Shown here one piece after another: positions 8,589 through 16,879 of a stretch of DNA of 32,000 bases. Both the position numbers and the translations under genes were made by a program. Under the pieces are notes generated by a model. The model was given only the letters and a program-made list of their open reading frames with translations. It did no database searches and was not told where the DNA came from. Source of the DNA: Delftia acidovorans NBRC 14950 (lineage in GTDB: Bacteria > Pseudomonadota > Gammaproteobacteria > Burkholderiales > Burkholderiaceae_C); NCBI RefSeq assembly GCF_001598795.1, contig NZ_BCZP01000003.1, positions 180,001 to 212,000 of the forward strand, in the 5' to 3' direction. The first letter of the stretch is position 1. The number at the start of each line of letters is the position of its first letter.

Positions 8589-9698
8589 ATGGGACTACCA
8601 TTGCTCTCCATGCCCGACCTCGCATCCAACGCCCCATCCCAGCGGGCCGCACAGGGCCACATCGTGGAACGGACCACGCTGCTGCGCCACGGCATCGCAA
8701 CGACCTCGGCCTGCGCCCTGATTGCCGCCGCATTCAGCCTGAGCAACCATGGCCGCTGGGACGTGAACCTTATCTACTCGCTGTCGATTGGCCTGACCAG
8801 CTGGCTCACCATCGAACTGGGCCGCTGGCGCCTGACGCGGGGCCAGGACATTCCCTGGCCCGGCGGATGGCGCGGCGCCGCGCTGGTGGTGGCCGGCATC
8901 GTGACGGGGTTCGTGATCGGATCGCTGATCGGCACGGCCTACAGGCAGTGGGCCGATCCCGACGCCAGCACGGCCCTGATGCACCGTCTGTGGATACCGC
9001 TGGCCGTCACCATCGTCGCCAGCACGGTGATGTCGCTGGCCTTCTTCCTGCTGGGCTACTCGCGCCACCTGCAGATGCAGGCCGAGCAGGCCCGCCGCCA
9101 GGCGGCCGAGGCCAAACTCACCCTGCTGCAGGCCCAGCTGGAGCCGCACATGCTGTTCAATACCCTGGCCAACCTGCGCGTGCTGGTGGCCAGCGACCCG
9201 CAGCGCGCCCAGGCCATGCTGGACCATCTGATCGCCTACCTGCGCGCCACGCTGGGCGGCTCGCGCAGCACCGAGCATGCGCTGGGCGAAGAGTTCGCAC
9301 GCCTGCGCGACTACCTGGCGCTGATGTCCATCCGCATGGGCCCGCGCCTGCAATACACGCTGGACCTGCCCGAGGACCTGGCCCAGGTGCCCGTGCCGCC
9401 GCTGCTGCTGCAGCCCCTGGTGGAAAACTGCATACGCCACGGACTGGAGCCCAAGCTGGAAGGCGGACATATCGCCGTGCGCGCGCGCCGCATGGACGGC
9501 GGCCCGTTGGAGCTGACCGTGACCGACAACGGCATGGGCCTGGATTCCGGTGCGCCCGCCCTGCCCGGCAGCCGCTTCGGCACGGCCCAGCTGCGCGAAC
9601 GCCTGGCCAGCCGCTATGGCGACGCCGCGCACTTCGAACTGGCCGCCCTGCCCGAAGGCGGCACGCTCGCCCGCATCACCCTCAAATGCACCCCCTGA
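8589..9698 (+). CDS. LytS/YehU-type sensor histidine kinase (membrane domain + His_kinase + HATPase)
   Basis: H-box LEPHMLFNTLANL; N-box LLLQPLVENCIRHGL; G-box TDNGMGL; about 4 N-terminal TM helices. Confidence 0.9.
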   Translation: MGLPLLSMPDLASNAPSQRAAQGHIVERTTLLRHGIATTSACALIAAAFSLSNHGRWDVNLIYSLSIGLTSWLTIELGRWRLTRGQDIPWPGGWRGAALVVAGIVTGFVIGSLIGTAYRQWADPDASTALMHRLWIPLAVTIVASTVMSLAFFLLGYSRHLQMQAEQARRQAAEAKLTLLQAQLEPHMLFNTLANLRVLVASDPQRAQAMLDHLIAYLRATLGGSRSTEHALGEEFARLRDYLALMSIRMGPRLQYTLDLPEDLAQVPVPPLLLQPLVENCIRHGLEPKLEGGHIAVRARRMDGGPLELTVTDNGMGLDSGAPALPGSRFGTAQLRERLASRYGDAAHFELAALPEGGTLARITLKCTP

Positions 9699-9832
9699 GT
9701 CGCTTCGCGCCTTCCCCCGTGTGCACGGCGCCCTCTCTCGCTTCGCGGGAGGGGAACGACACCCTCGGTGCGGGGCGGCCCTTCCTCGGTGTCCCTGAGT
9801 TGGGCCGCGCCAGTTTCATACGCTGTCGGCAA
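9691..9832 (+). repeat. Stop-anchored two-hairpin repeat, copy 2 (between the kinase and response-regulator genes)
   Basis: CCCCCTGAGTCGCTTCGCGCCTTCCCC...GACACCCTCGGTGCGGGGCGGCCCTTCCTCGGTGTCCCTGAG...CAGTTTCATACGCTGTCGGCA. The kinase stop TGA (9696-9698) lies inside the leading motif. Confidence 0.8.
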
Positions 9833-9857
9833 TGCGCAAGTGAAATAGAAGACTGAA

Positions 9858-10670
9858 ATGACCTCCTCCCCCCGCGCCCTGATCGCCGAAGACGAACCCC
9901 TGCTGGCCGAGGACCTGCGCCAGGCCCTGGCCCGCGCCTGGCCCGAGCTGCAGATTGCCGCCATGGTGGGCGACGGCCTGAGTGCTGCCCGGCAGGCGCT
10001 GGCGCTGCAGCCCGATGTGCTGTTCTTCGACATCCGCATGCCGGGCCAGAGCGGCCTGGAGGCTGCCGCCGAACTGGCCGACGCCTGGCCCGAAGCGCAG
10101 CCGTTTCCCATCCTGGTCTTCGTGACCGCCTATGACCAGTACGCCATGGACGCCTTCGAGGCCCAGGCCGTGGACTACCTGCTCAAGCCCGTGCAGCCCG
10201 AGCGGCTGGCGCGCAGCGTGCAGCGCCTGCGCGAGCTGCTGGCCCAGCGCACGGTGGCCCCGGCCGGCGCTGCCCTGGCGCAGGCGCTGGAGCAATTGCG
10301 GCACCTGGCCGGCGCCACGGCCCCCGCCGCCACCGCTACCGAGCCGCCGCTGCAGATGATCCAGGCCGGCGTGGGCACGCAGATCCAGATGGTGCCCGTG
10401 CACGACGTCGTCTACTTCGAGGCGGCCGACAAGTACGTGCGCGTGCTCACGGCCTCGCATGAGTACCTGGTGCGCACGCCGCTCAAGGAGCTGCTGCCCC
10501 GTCTGGATGCCGAGGAATTCTGGCAGGTGCACCGCGGCACGGTGGTGCGTGCGGCGGCCATTGCCAATGCCCAGCGCGACGAGGCTGGCCGGCTGTGGCT
10601 GCAGCTGCGCGAGCGAGGGGAAAAACTGGCCGTCAGCCGCCTCTACGCGCAGCGGTTCAAGGCGATGTAG
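9858..10670 (+). CDS. LytTR/AlgR-family response regulator (REC + LytTR DNA-binding domain)
   Basis: REC motifs AEDEPLL and DVLFFDIRMPG. The C-terminal VPVHDVVYFEAADKYVRVLT...LVRTPLKELL is LytTR-type. Confidence 0.9.
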   Translation: MTSSPRALIAEDEPLLAEDLRQALARAWPELQIAAMVGDGLSAARQALALQPDVLFFDIRMPGQSGLEAAAELADAWPEAQPFPILVFVTAYDQYAMDAFEAQAVDYLLKPVQPERLARSVQRLRELLAQRTVAPAGAALAQALEQLRHLAGATAPAATATEPPLQMIQAGVGTQIQMVPVHDVVYFEAADKYVRVLTASHEYLVRTPLKELLPRLDAEEFWQVHRGTVVRAAAIANAQRDEAGRLWLQLRERGEKLAVSRLYAQRFKAM

Positions 10671-10693
10671 GCGGCGATGTAGACGCGCTCCGG

Positions 10694-11380
10694 TCAGCGC
10701 AGCGGCGGCTGATCGGGCAGGTCCAGCACGTCGTCCCAGGCCACGCCCTGCATCTCGTCCCAGTGCGCGACGATCACGCAGCGGGGGCCATGCCCGGCCA
10801 CGGGCGCAGATTGCTGGCCGGCCCGGTTCAGCCCCGCCAGCGTGCGCTGCACATGGTCGATCGACCCCCGGTCCAGCGCGGCCAGTGGCTCGTCGATCAG
10901 CAGCAGCGGCACGCCGCTGGCCCAACCCGCCGCCATCCACAGCTTGCGCAGGCTGCCCGTGGACAGGGCCAGCAGGGGCTTGTGCAGGTGGGGCTCCAGG
11001 CCCAGGCCGTCGGCATGGGCCTGCCATGCCGCCTCGCTCCACGCCGGGTGCAACTGCCGCTGTGCCTGCACCCATTCCTGCGCGGGCCGGGCGCGCTCGG
11101 CATTGGACAGTTCGGCGCGCGGGTCGCGCCAGAACAGCGCGGGGCGCTGCGAGGGGTCCGGCTGCTGCGGATACGCCAGGCGCCCGACCTGCAAGGGCAA
11201 CTGGCCGGCCAGCATTTGCAGCAGGCTGGTCTTGCCGCAGCCCTCGCCGCCGCGCACCAGGCACAGGCCCACGGGCCAGTCGTGCGAGGCGCCATCCCAC
11301 AGCAGCAGGCCCGGCTGCCCGAAGCGCAGGGACTGCGCGCTCACCATCGGCGGCGCCATCGTTTGCTGTGCGGTATCCAT
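10694..11380 (-). CDS. Stand-alone ABC-type ATPase (no permease or binding-protein partner in the window)
   Basis: Walker A GGEGCGKTS; divergent signature LSTGSLRKL; Walker B LLLIDEPLAALD; H-loop VIVAHWDE. I prefer the ATG at 11380 (MDTAQQ...) to the track start at 11452. Confidence 0.75.
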   Translation of the reverse strand: MDTAQQTMAPPMVSAQSLRFGQPGLLLWDGASHDWPVGLCLVRGGEGCGKTSLLQMLAGQLPLQVGRLAYPQQPDPSQRPALFWRDPRAELSNAERARPAQEWVQAQRQLHPAWSEAAWQAHADGLGLEPHLHKPLLALSTGSLRKLWMAAGWASGVPLLLIDEPLAALDRGSIDHVQRTLAGLNRAGQQSAPVAGHGPRCVIVAHWDEMQGVAWDDVLDLPDQPPLR

Positions 11381-11412
11381 CTGAATGTCTTTCCGGTTCT
11401 GCGATGCGGGCG

Positions 11413-11431
11413 ATTGTGCACGCGGCACAAT
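11413..11431. promoter_or_regulatory. Candidate operator palindrome in the divergent intergenic region
   Basis: ATTGTGC-acgcg-GCACAAT, a perfect 7-bp inverted repeat, lies between the ATPase start (11380) and the acidic-protein start (11466/11481). Confidence 0.3.
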
Positions 11432-11480
11432 GCCGGGCTTTCCCTTTTCCAACTACGCACTACGCATGCGGACCGCCACC

Positions 11481-11846
11481 ATGACCCTCGACTACCTGGA
11501 TTTCGACTACAGCGAAGACGACGAAGGCACGGGCTGCTGGGACGCCATGGCCAGCGTGCCCGCCACGCGCGTACCGGCGCTGGCGGCCGAGGTGGAGCAA
11601 TTGCTGGCCTGGGCGCACCGCCGCTTCAAGGGCCGGCGCGGCCCCATCGAGGAAGGCGGCGACTGGGACTACGAGCTGCAGGCCCAGGACGACGGCGGCC
11701 AGCCGCTGGCCTGGCGCTTTGACGCAGCCACGGCGCGCCTGCAATCCGTGGCGGCGGGGGATGGCCGCACCACGGTGAACCTGTCGATCAGCGGCAGCGC
11801 GGCCTTCGGCGAAGCATTGCGCCAGGCCTTCGAGCTGCAGGACTGA
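11481..11846 (+). CDS. Hypothetical small acidic cytoplasmic protein
   Basis: MTLDYLDFDYSEDDEGTGCWDAMASVP... with GC3-rich codon usage and no recognised motif. An alternative start is ATG 11466 (MRTATMTLDY). Confidence 0.6.
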   Translation: MTLDYLDFDYSEDDEGTGCWDAMASVPATRVPALAAEVEQLLAWAHRRFKGRRGPIEEGGDWDYELQAQDDGGQPLAWRFDAATARLQSVAAGDGRTTVNLSISGSAAFGEALRQAFELQD

Positions 11847-11849
11847 ACA

Positions 11850-13376
11850 TCAGCGCGGGACAGCCTGCGGCCCCTGCACGGAGGCCGGACCCAGCGGCTG
11901 CCACCACCCGGCCACGTTCTTGAGCAAGGTGTTGACGGCGGCCAGCCGCCGGTTGCGCACATCGATCAGGCTGCGCCGCGCCGACAGCACCGTGGTCTGG
12001 GCGCTGAGCACATTCAGATAGGCCACCGTGCCCGCGCGGTACTGGTTGTTGACGACATCCAGCGCCTTCTGCGCGGCGGCCACGGCCTCGATCTGCACCT
12101 GCTGCTCGCGCGCCAGGGCGGATGCGGCGACCAGGTTGTCCTCCACCTCCTGCAACGCCGTCAGCACGGTCTGGCGGTAGGTGGCGGCGGCCAGGTCCAG
12201 CGAGGCACGCGCCGACTCCACGGCCGCCGTGCGCGCGCCGCCGTCGAACAGCGCCAGCGCCAGCGACGGGCCCAGCGACCAGAACAGGTTGGGCGCACTC
12301 ACCAGGTTGGACAGCGATGCACCCCGGTAGCCGGCCGTGGCCGACAGCGTGAGCGCCGGGAAGAAGGCTGCGCGCGCCACGCCCACCTGGGCATTGGCGG
12401 CGGCCACGCGGCGTTCGGCCGCTGCAATGTCGGGGCGCTGCTCCAGCAGTTGGGACGACAGCATGGCCGGCACCTCGGGCGGCGGCGGCAGTTCGGCGCC
12501 GGCCTCCAGGCTGAAGGCGGCCGGCGGCAGGCCCAGCAGCGCGGCCAGGGCGTGCTCCAGCTGGGCGCGGCTGGTCTGTGCCTCGATGAGCTGGGCCTGG
12601 GTGCTTTTGTACTGCGCCTCGGCCTGGGCCACATCGGCCGACGAGGCCACACCCGCGCGGTAGCGGTTGTTGGTGAGCTTCAGGCTTTGCTCGTAGCCCT
12701 GCAGCGTTTCCTGCAGCAGCCGCACGCTGGCGTCGGCCGCGCGCAGCGAGAAATAGGTCTGCGTGATCGATGCCTGGGCCGACAGCCGCGCGGCGGCCAG
12801 GTCGTCGCTGCTGGCCTGGGCGCTGGCCTGGCTGGCACTGACCGTGCCCGACACGCGGCCCCACAGGTCCAGCTCCCAGCTGGCGTTCAGGCCCAGCGAG
12901 TAGTTGGTCGAGATGTTGCCGCTACTGCCGGTGTTGCCGCCCGTGCCTGATGCACCCGATGCACCGGAAGCCCCGCCGCTGCGCGAGCGCGTGGCGCCGG
13001 CCGTGCTGCCCAGCGTGGGGAACAGCCCGGCCTGGCTGCTGGCCACGGCCGCCTGCGCGGCACGCAGGCGCGCGGCGGCCTGGGCAATGCTCTGGTTGCC
13101 GGTGGCGGCCTGCTGCTGCAGGCGGTTGAGCTGCTCGTCGCCGAACAGCTCCCACCAGTTGTCGGGCACTTGCGCGCGCGACGGATCTGCGGGCCGCCAG
13201 ATGCCGGCCTCGGCCGCCTCGGGCGTGGCTTCCTTGAACTGGGCCGGCACATCGAGTGCGGGGCGCTGGTAGGCGCTCTGCGTGGAGCAGCCGGCCAGCA
13301 GCGCGGCGGCCAGCCAGATCGCCGGGGTTTGGAGTGTCTTCAGCTGCATGGCCTTGGGCTTTCGAATTCGGTTCAC
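11850..13376 (-). CDS. RND efflux outer-membrane lipoprotein, NodT/OprM family (OpmB-like position)
   Basis: Lipobox LLAGC|S, two OEP repeats, and the last position in the efflux operon. The GTG start at 13376 overlaps the mdtC stop as GTGA. An alternative ATG is at 13349. Confidence 0.9.
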   Translation of the reverse strand: MNRIRKPKAMQLKTLQTPAIWLAAALLAGCSTQSAYQRPALDVPAQFKEATPEAAEAGIWRPADPSRAQVPDNWWELFGDEQLNRLQQQAATGNQSIAQAAARLRAAQAAVASSQAGLFPTLGSTAGATRSRSGGASGASGASGTGGNTGSSGNISTNYSLGLNASWELDLWGRVSGTVSASQASAQASSDDLAAARLSAQASITQTYFSLRAADASVRLLQETLQGYEQSLKLTNNRYRAGVASSADVAQAEAQYKSTQAQLIEAQTSRAQLEHALAALLGLPPAAFSLEAGAELPPPPEVPAMLSSQLLEQRPDIAAAERRVAAANAQVGVARAAFFPALTLSATAGYRGASLSNLVSAPNLFWSLGPSLALALFDGGARTAAVESARASLDLAAATYRQTVLTALQEVEDNLVAASALAREQQVQIEAVAAAQKALDVVNNQYRAGTVAYLNVLSAQTTVLSARRSLIDVRNRRLAAVNTLLKNVAGWWQPLGPASVQGPQAVPR

Positions 13377-16300
13377 TGGGGTGATGCGGCGGGCACAGGG
13401 GTGCCGCGGTCCTTGCCCTGCACGCGGCCACGCAGGCCCATGACACGCTGGCGCAGCCTGTCCAGCAGCACATAGACCACGGGCGTGGTGTAGAGCGTGA
13501 GCAGCTGGCTCAGCATCAGGCCGCCCACGATGGCAATGCCCAGCGGCTGGCGCAGCTCGGCGCCATCGCCCCGGCCCAGGGCCAGCGGCAGTGCGCCGCA
13601 GATGGCCGCCAGGCTGGTCATGAGGATGGGGCGCAGCCGCAGCTCGCAGGCGCGGTAGATGGCCTGGGCGGCCGTGGCATGGCCGGCGCGCTGCCGCTCC
13701 AGCGCGAAGTCGATCATCATGATGGCGTTCTTCTTGACGATGCCGATCAGCAATATCACCCCGATCAGCGCGATCAGCGAGAACTCCGTCTTGAACAGCA
13801 TCAGCGCCATCAGCGCGCCCACGCCGGCCGAGGGCAGCGTGGACAGGATGGTCAGCGGATGCACCAGGCTCTCATAGAGCACGCCCAGCACCAGGTAGAT
13901 GGTGATGATGGCCGCCAGGATCAGCAGCGGCTGCCCGGACAGCGCCTGCTGGAAGGCCCCGGCCGTGCCGCTGAAGCTGCCGCGCACCGACACGGGCACG
14001 CCCAGCTCGGCCACGGCCGCGCGGATGGCGTCGCTGGCGTCCGACAGCGCCACGCCCTCGGCCAGGCTGAAGCTGATGGTGCTGGCCGGCGTGCCCCGGT
14101 CGTGGTTCACGGACAGCGGCGTATTGGTGGTGGTGATGCGCGCAAACGAGGTCAGCGGCACCTGCACGCCCTGGTTGTTCACGAAGAAGAAACCGCGCAG
14201 CGTCTCTGGGCTTTGCAGGTAGCGGGGCGCGGCCTCCATCACCACGCGGTACTGGTTGAGCGGGTTGTAGATCACGCCCACCTGGCGCTGGCCGAAGGCG
14301 TTGTTGAGCGTGCCGTCGATCTGCGCCACCGTCAGCCCCAGGCGCGTGGCCGCGTCGCGGTCGATCACCAGCGAGGTCTGCAGGCCGAAGTCGGACACAT
14401 CGCTGTTGACGTCCGTGAGCTGGGGCAGCTGCGACAGCACCTGGCGGATGCGCGGCTCCCAGGTGCGCAGGTCCTGGATGTCGTCGGCCTGCAGCGTGTA
14501 GTCGTACGAGCCCGAGCTTTGCCGCCCGCCGATGCGGATATCGCTTTGCGTGACCATGAACAGCCGCGCGCCGGGCTCGTTCTTGAGCTTGTCGCGCAGG
14601 CGGTTGATCACCTCGTCGGAAGACACCTTGCGCTCGGCCAGCGGCTTGAGCGACATGAACATGTTGGCCGCATTGCGCTGGCCGCCGCCCGTGAAGCCCG
14701 TCACGTACTCCACGGCCGGGTCTTCCTGCACGATGGACAGGAAGCGCTTGAGCCGCTGCTCCATGGCCTGGTAGGAGGTGGACTGGTCGGCCCGGATGAA
14801 GCCCATCACGCGGCCCGTGTCCTGGCTGGGCATGAAACCCTTGTCGATGGCCATGTACAGGTGCACGTTCAGCGCCACCACGCCGGCCAGCACCAGCAGC
14901 ACCAGCGGCTGGTGGCGCAGGCACCAGGCCAGGCTTGCGCGGTAGCCGGACATGGCACGCCGCTCGGCCCGGCCCACCCAGGCGCCGAAGCGGTCCCAGG
15001 CGCGCTGCAGGCCGTTGCGCGGCCGGCCCGGCTGCGGCACGCGCTGTGGCCGCAGCAGCGCCGCGCACATCATGGGCGTGGTGGTCAGCGACACCACCAT
15101 CGAGATCAGAATCGCCGCCGACATCACCACCGCGAACTCGCGGAAGAACCGCCCCACGATGCCGCCCATGAACAGGATGGGCACGAACACCGCGATCAGC
15201 GACAGGCTCATGGACACCACGGTGAACCCGATCTCGCGCGCCCCGTCCAGCGCCGCGCGCAGCGCGGTCTTGCCGCGCTCCATGTGGCGCATCACGTTCT
15301 CCAGCACCACGATGGCATCGTCCACCACAAAGCCCGTGGCCACGGTCAGCGCCATCAGCGACAGGTTGTCCAGCGTATAGCCGGCCAGGTACATCACGCC
15401 GAACGTGCCCGCCAGCGACACCGGCACGGCCACGGCCGGAATCAGCGTGGCCCGGCCATTGCGCAGGAACAGGAACACCACCAGGATCACCAGCGCCACG
15501 GCGATCACCAGCGCCCGCTCCACCTCCACCACCGAGGCACGCAGCGTGGGCGTGCGGTCGGACACGATGGTCAGATCGATGGCCTCGGGAATGGACGCCT
15601 TGAGCTGCGGCAGCAAAGAGCGCACGCGCGCCACGGCCTCCAGGATGTTGGCGTCCGGCTGCTTGAAGATCTGCAGCAGGATGGCGGGCTTGCCATTGGC
15701 CACGCCGTAGTTGCGCACGTCCTGCACCGAATCCGTGACATCGGCCACGTCCTGCAGCCGGATCGCATTGCCATTGCTCCAGCGCAGCACCAGCGGCGCA
15801 TAGTCGGCCGCCACGCGCGCCTGGTCATTGGCGGTCACCTGCCAGTAATGGTCCTCGCGCTCCACCGCGCCCAGCGGCCGGTTGGCATTCGTGGCCGAAA
15901 TGGCGGTACGCACCTGGTCCAGCGACACGCCATTGGCCGCCAGCTTCACCGGGTCCAGCTCCACCCGCACGGCCGGCAGCGCCCCGCCGCTGATGGACGC
16001 CTGGCCCACGCCCTCCACCTGCGAGAGCTTCTGCGCCAGCACGGTGGACGCCGCGTCATACATCTGCCCGCGCGTCAGCGCGCTGGACGTCAGCGCCAGG
16101 ATCATGATCGGCGCATCGGCCGGATTCACCTTGCGATACGTAGGATTGCCCGGCATGCCCGAAGGCAGCAGCGTGCGCGCCGCATTGATGGCGGCCTGCA
16201 CATCGCGCGCCGCGCTGTCCACCGTGCGCGACAGATCGAACTGCAGCGTGATGCGCGTACTGCCCAGGCTGGAGCTGGACGTGATCTCATTGACCCCCGC

Positions 16301-16534
16301 AATCGCCCCCAGCGCCCGCTCCAGCGGCGTCGCCACCGTGGCAGCCATCGTGTCGGGGCTTGCACCAGGCAGGCTGGCCGACACCGAAATCGTCGGATAG
16401 TCCACCTGCGGCAGCGGCGCCACCGGCAGCAGGAAATACGACACCGCCCCCGCCAGCGCCAGGCCGATGGTCATCAGCATGGTGGCAATGGGCCGGAAGA
16501 TGAACGGCGCCGAGAGATTGGAAAGCTGGCTCAT
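13373..16534 (-). CDS. mdtC: RND multidrug efflux permease, second pump of a MdtBC/MuxBC pair
   Basis: [29 protein letters not shown]...[23 protein letters not shown], about 1050 aa with 12-TM AcrB-type architecture, and the second RND gene in tandem. I prefer the ATG at 16534 to the track start at 16582. Confidence 0.9.
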   Translation of the reverse strand: MSQLSNLSAPFIFRPIATMLMTIGLALAGAVSYFLLPVAPLPQVDYPTISVSASLPGASPDTMAATVATPLERALGAIAGVNEITSSSSLGSTRITLQFDLSRTVDSAARDVQAAINAARTLLPSGMPGNPTYRKVNPADAPIMILALTSSALTRGQMYDAASTVLAQKLSQVEGVGQASISGGALPAVRVELDPVKLAANGVSLDQVRTAISATNANRPLGAVEREDHYWQVTANDQARVAADYAPLVLRWSNGNAIRLQDVADVTDSVQDVRNYGVANGKPAILLQIFKQPDANILEAVARVRSLLPQLKASIPEAIDLTIVSDRTPTLRASVVEVERALVIAVALVILVVFLFLRNGRATLIPAVAVPVSLAGTFGVMYLAGYTLDNLSLMALTVATGFVVDDAIVVLENVMRHMERGKTALRAALDGAREIGFTVVSMSLSLIAVFVPILFMGGIVGRFFREFAVVMSAAILISMVVSLTTTPMMCAALLRPQRVPQPGRPRNGLQRAWDRFGAWVGRAERRAMSGYRASLAWCLRHQPLVLLVLAGVVALNVHLYMAIDKGFMPSQDTGRVMGFIRADQSTSYQAMEQRLKRFLSIVQEDPAVEYVTGFTGGGQRNAANMFMSLKPLAERKVSSDEVINRLRDKLKNEPGARLFMVTQSDIRIGGRQSSGSYDYTLQADDIQDLRTWEPRIRQVLSQLPQLTDVNSDVSDFGLQTSLVIDRDAATRLGLTVAQIDGTLNNAFGQRQVGVIYNPLNQYRVVMEAAPRYLQSPETLRGFFFVNNQGVQVPLTSFARITTTNTPLSVNHDRGTPASTISFSLAEGVALSDASDAIRAAVAELGVPVSVRGSFSGTAGAFQQALSGQPLLILAAIITIYLVLGVLYESLVHPLTILSTLPSAGVGALMALMLFKTEFSLIALIGVILLIGIVKKNAIMMIDFALERQRAGHATAAQAIYRACELRLRPILMTSLAAICGALPLALGRGDGAELRQPLGIAIVGGLMLSQLLTLYTTPVVYVLLDRLRQRVMGLRGRVQGKDRGTPVPAASPQ

Positions 16535-16879
16535 GATCCAGCCCCAAAAATCCCAGGCCGAGCGAAGCGATGGCCCGAGCAACCTCCCCTTCTGCCCGCG
16601 CCTGCGTCGTGGTGCTTGCGGGGTTGCAGTCCTGCCGAAGGACAGGACTGCTTCGTCATCTGACTCGCCGTGATTGTCTGAACGCAGCGCGCCAGCGCGA
16701 AGTGAGTTTCACGGCGAACCCCGCAAGCGCCACGACGCAGGTGGCCCCGCAGCGAAGCGAAGGGGTCGCGGGCAGTGGGGCGCATTTCTTTGCCTACTTT
16801 CTTGCTGCGAGGCAAGAAAGTAGGTCGGCTGCCGGGCCGAGACCCGGCCAGCGGCGCCAGCCAAGACAAGAGCGCAAGC
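16535..16879. repeat. 345-bp nested-palindrome intergenic element between the two RND genes
   Basis: 25-nt inverted repeat 16601-16625 / 16717-16741 (24/25 complementary). It encloses a 9-bp-stem hairpin (16626-16651). Also present are a 13-bp-stem hairpin CCTACTTTCTTGC/GCAAGAAAGTAGG (16793-16824) and a 6-bp-stem hairpin (16831-16848). GCGAAGCGA occurs at 16562-16570 and 16752-16760. Confidence 0.75.
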
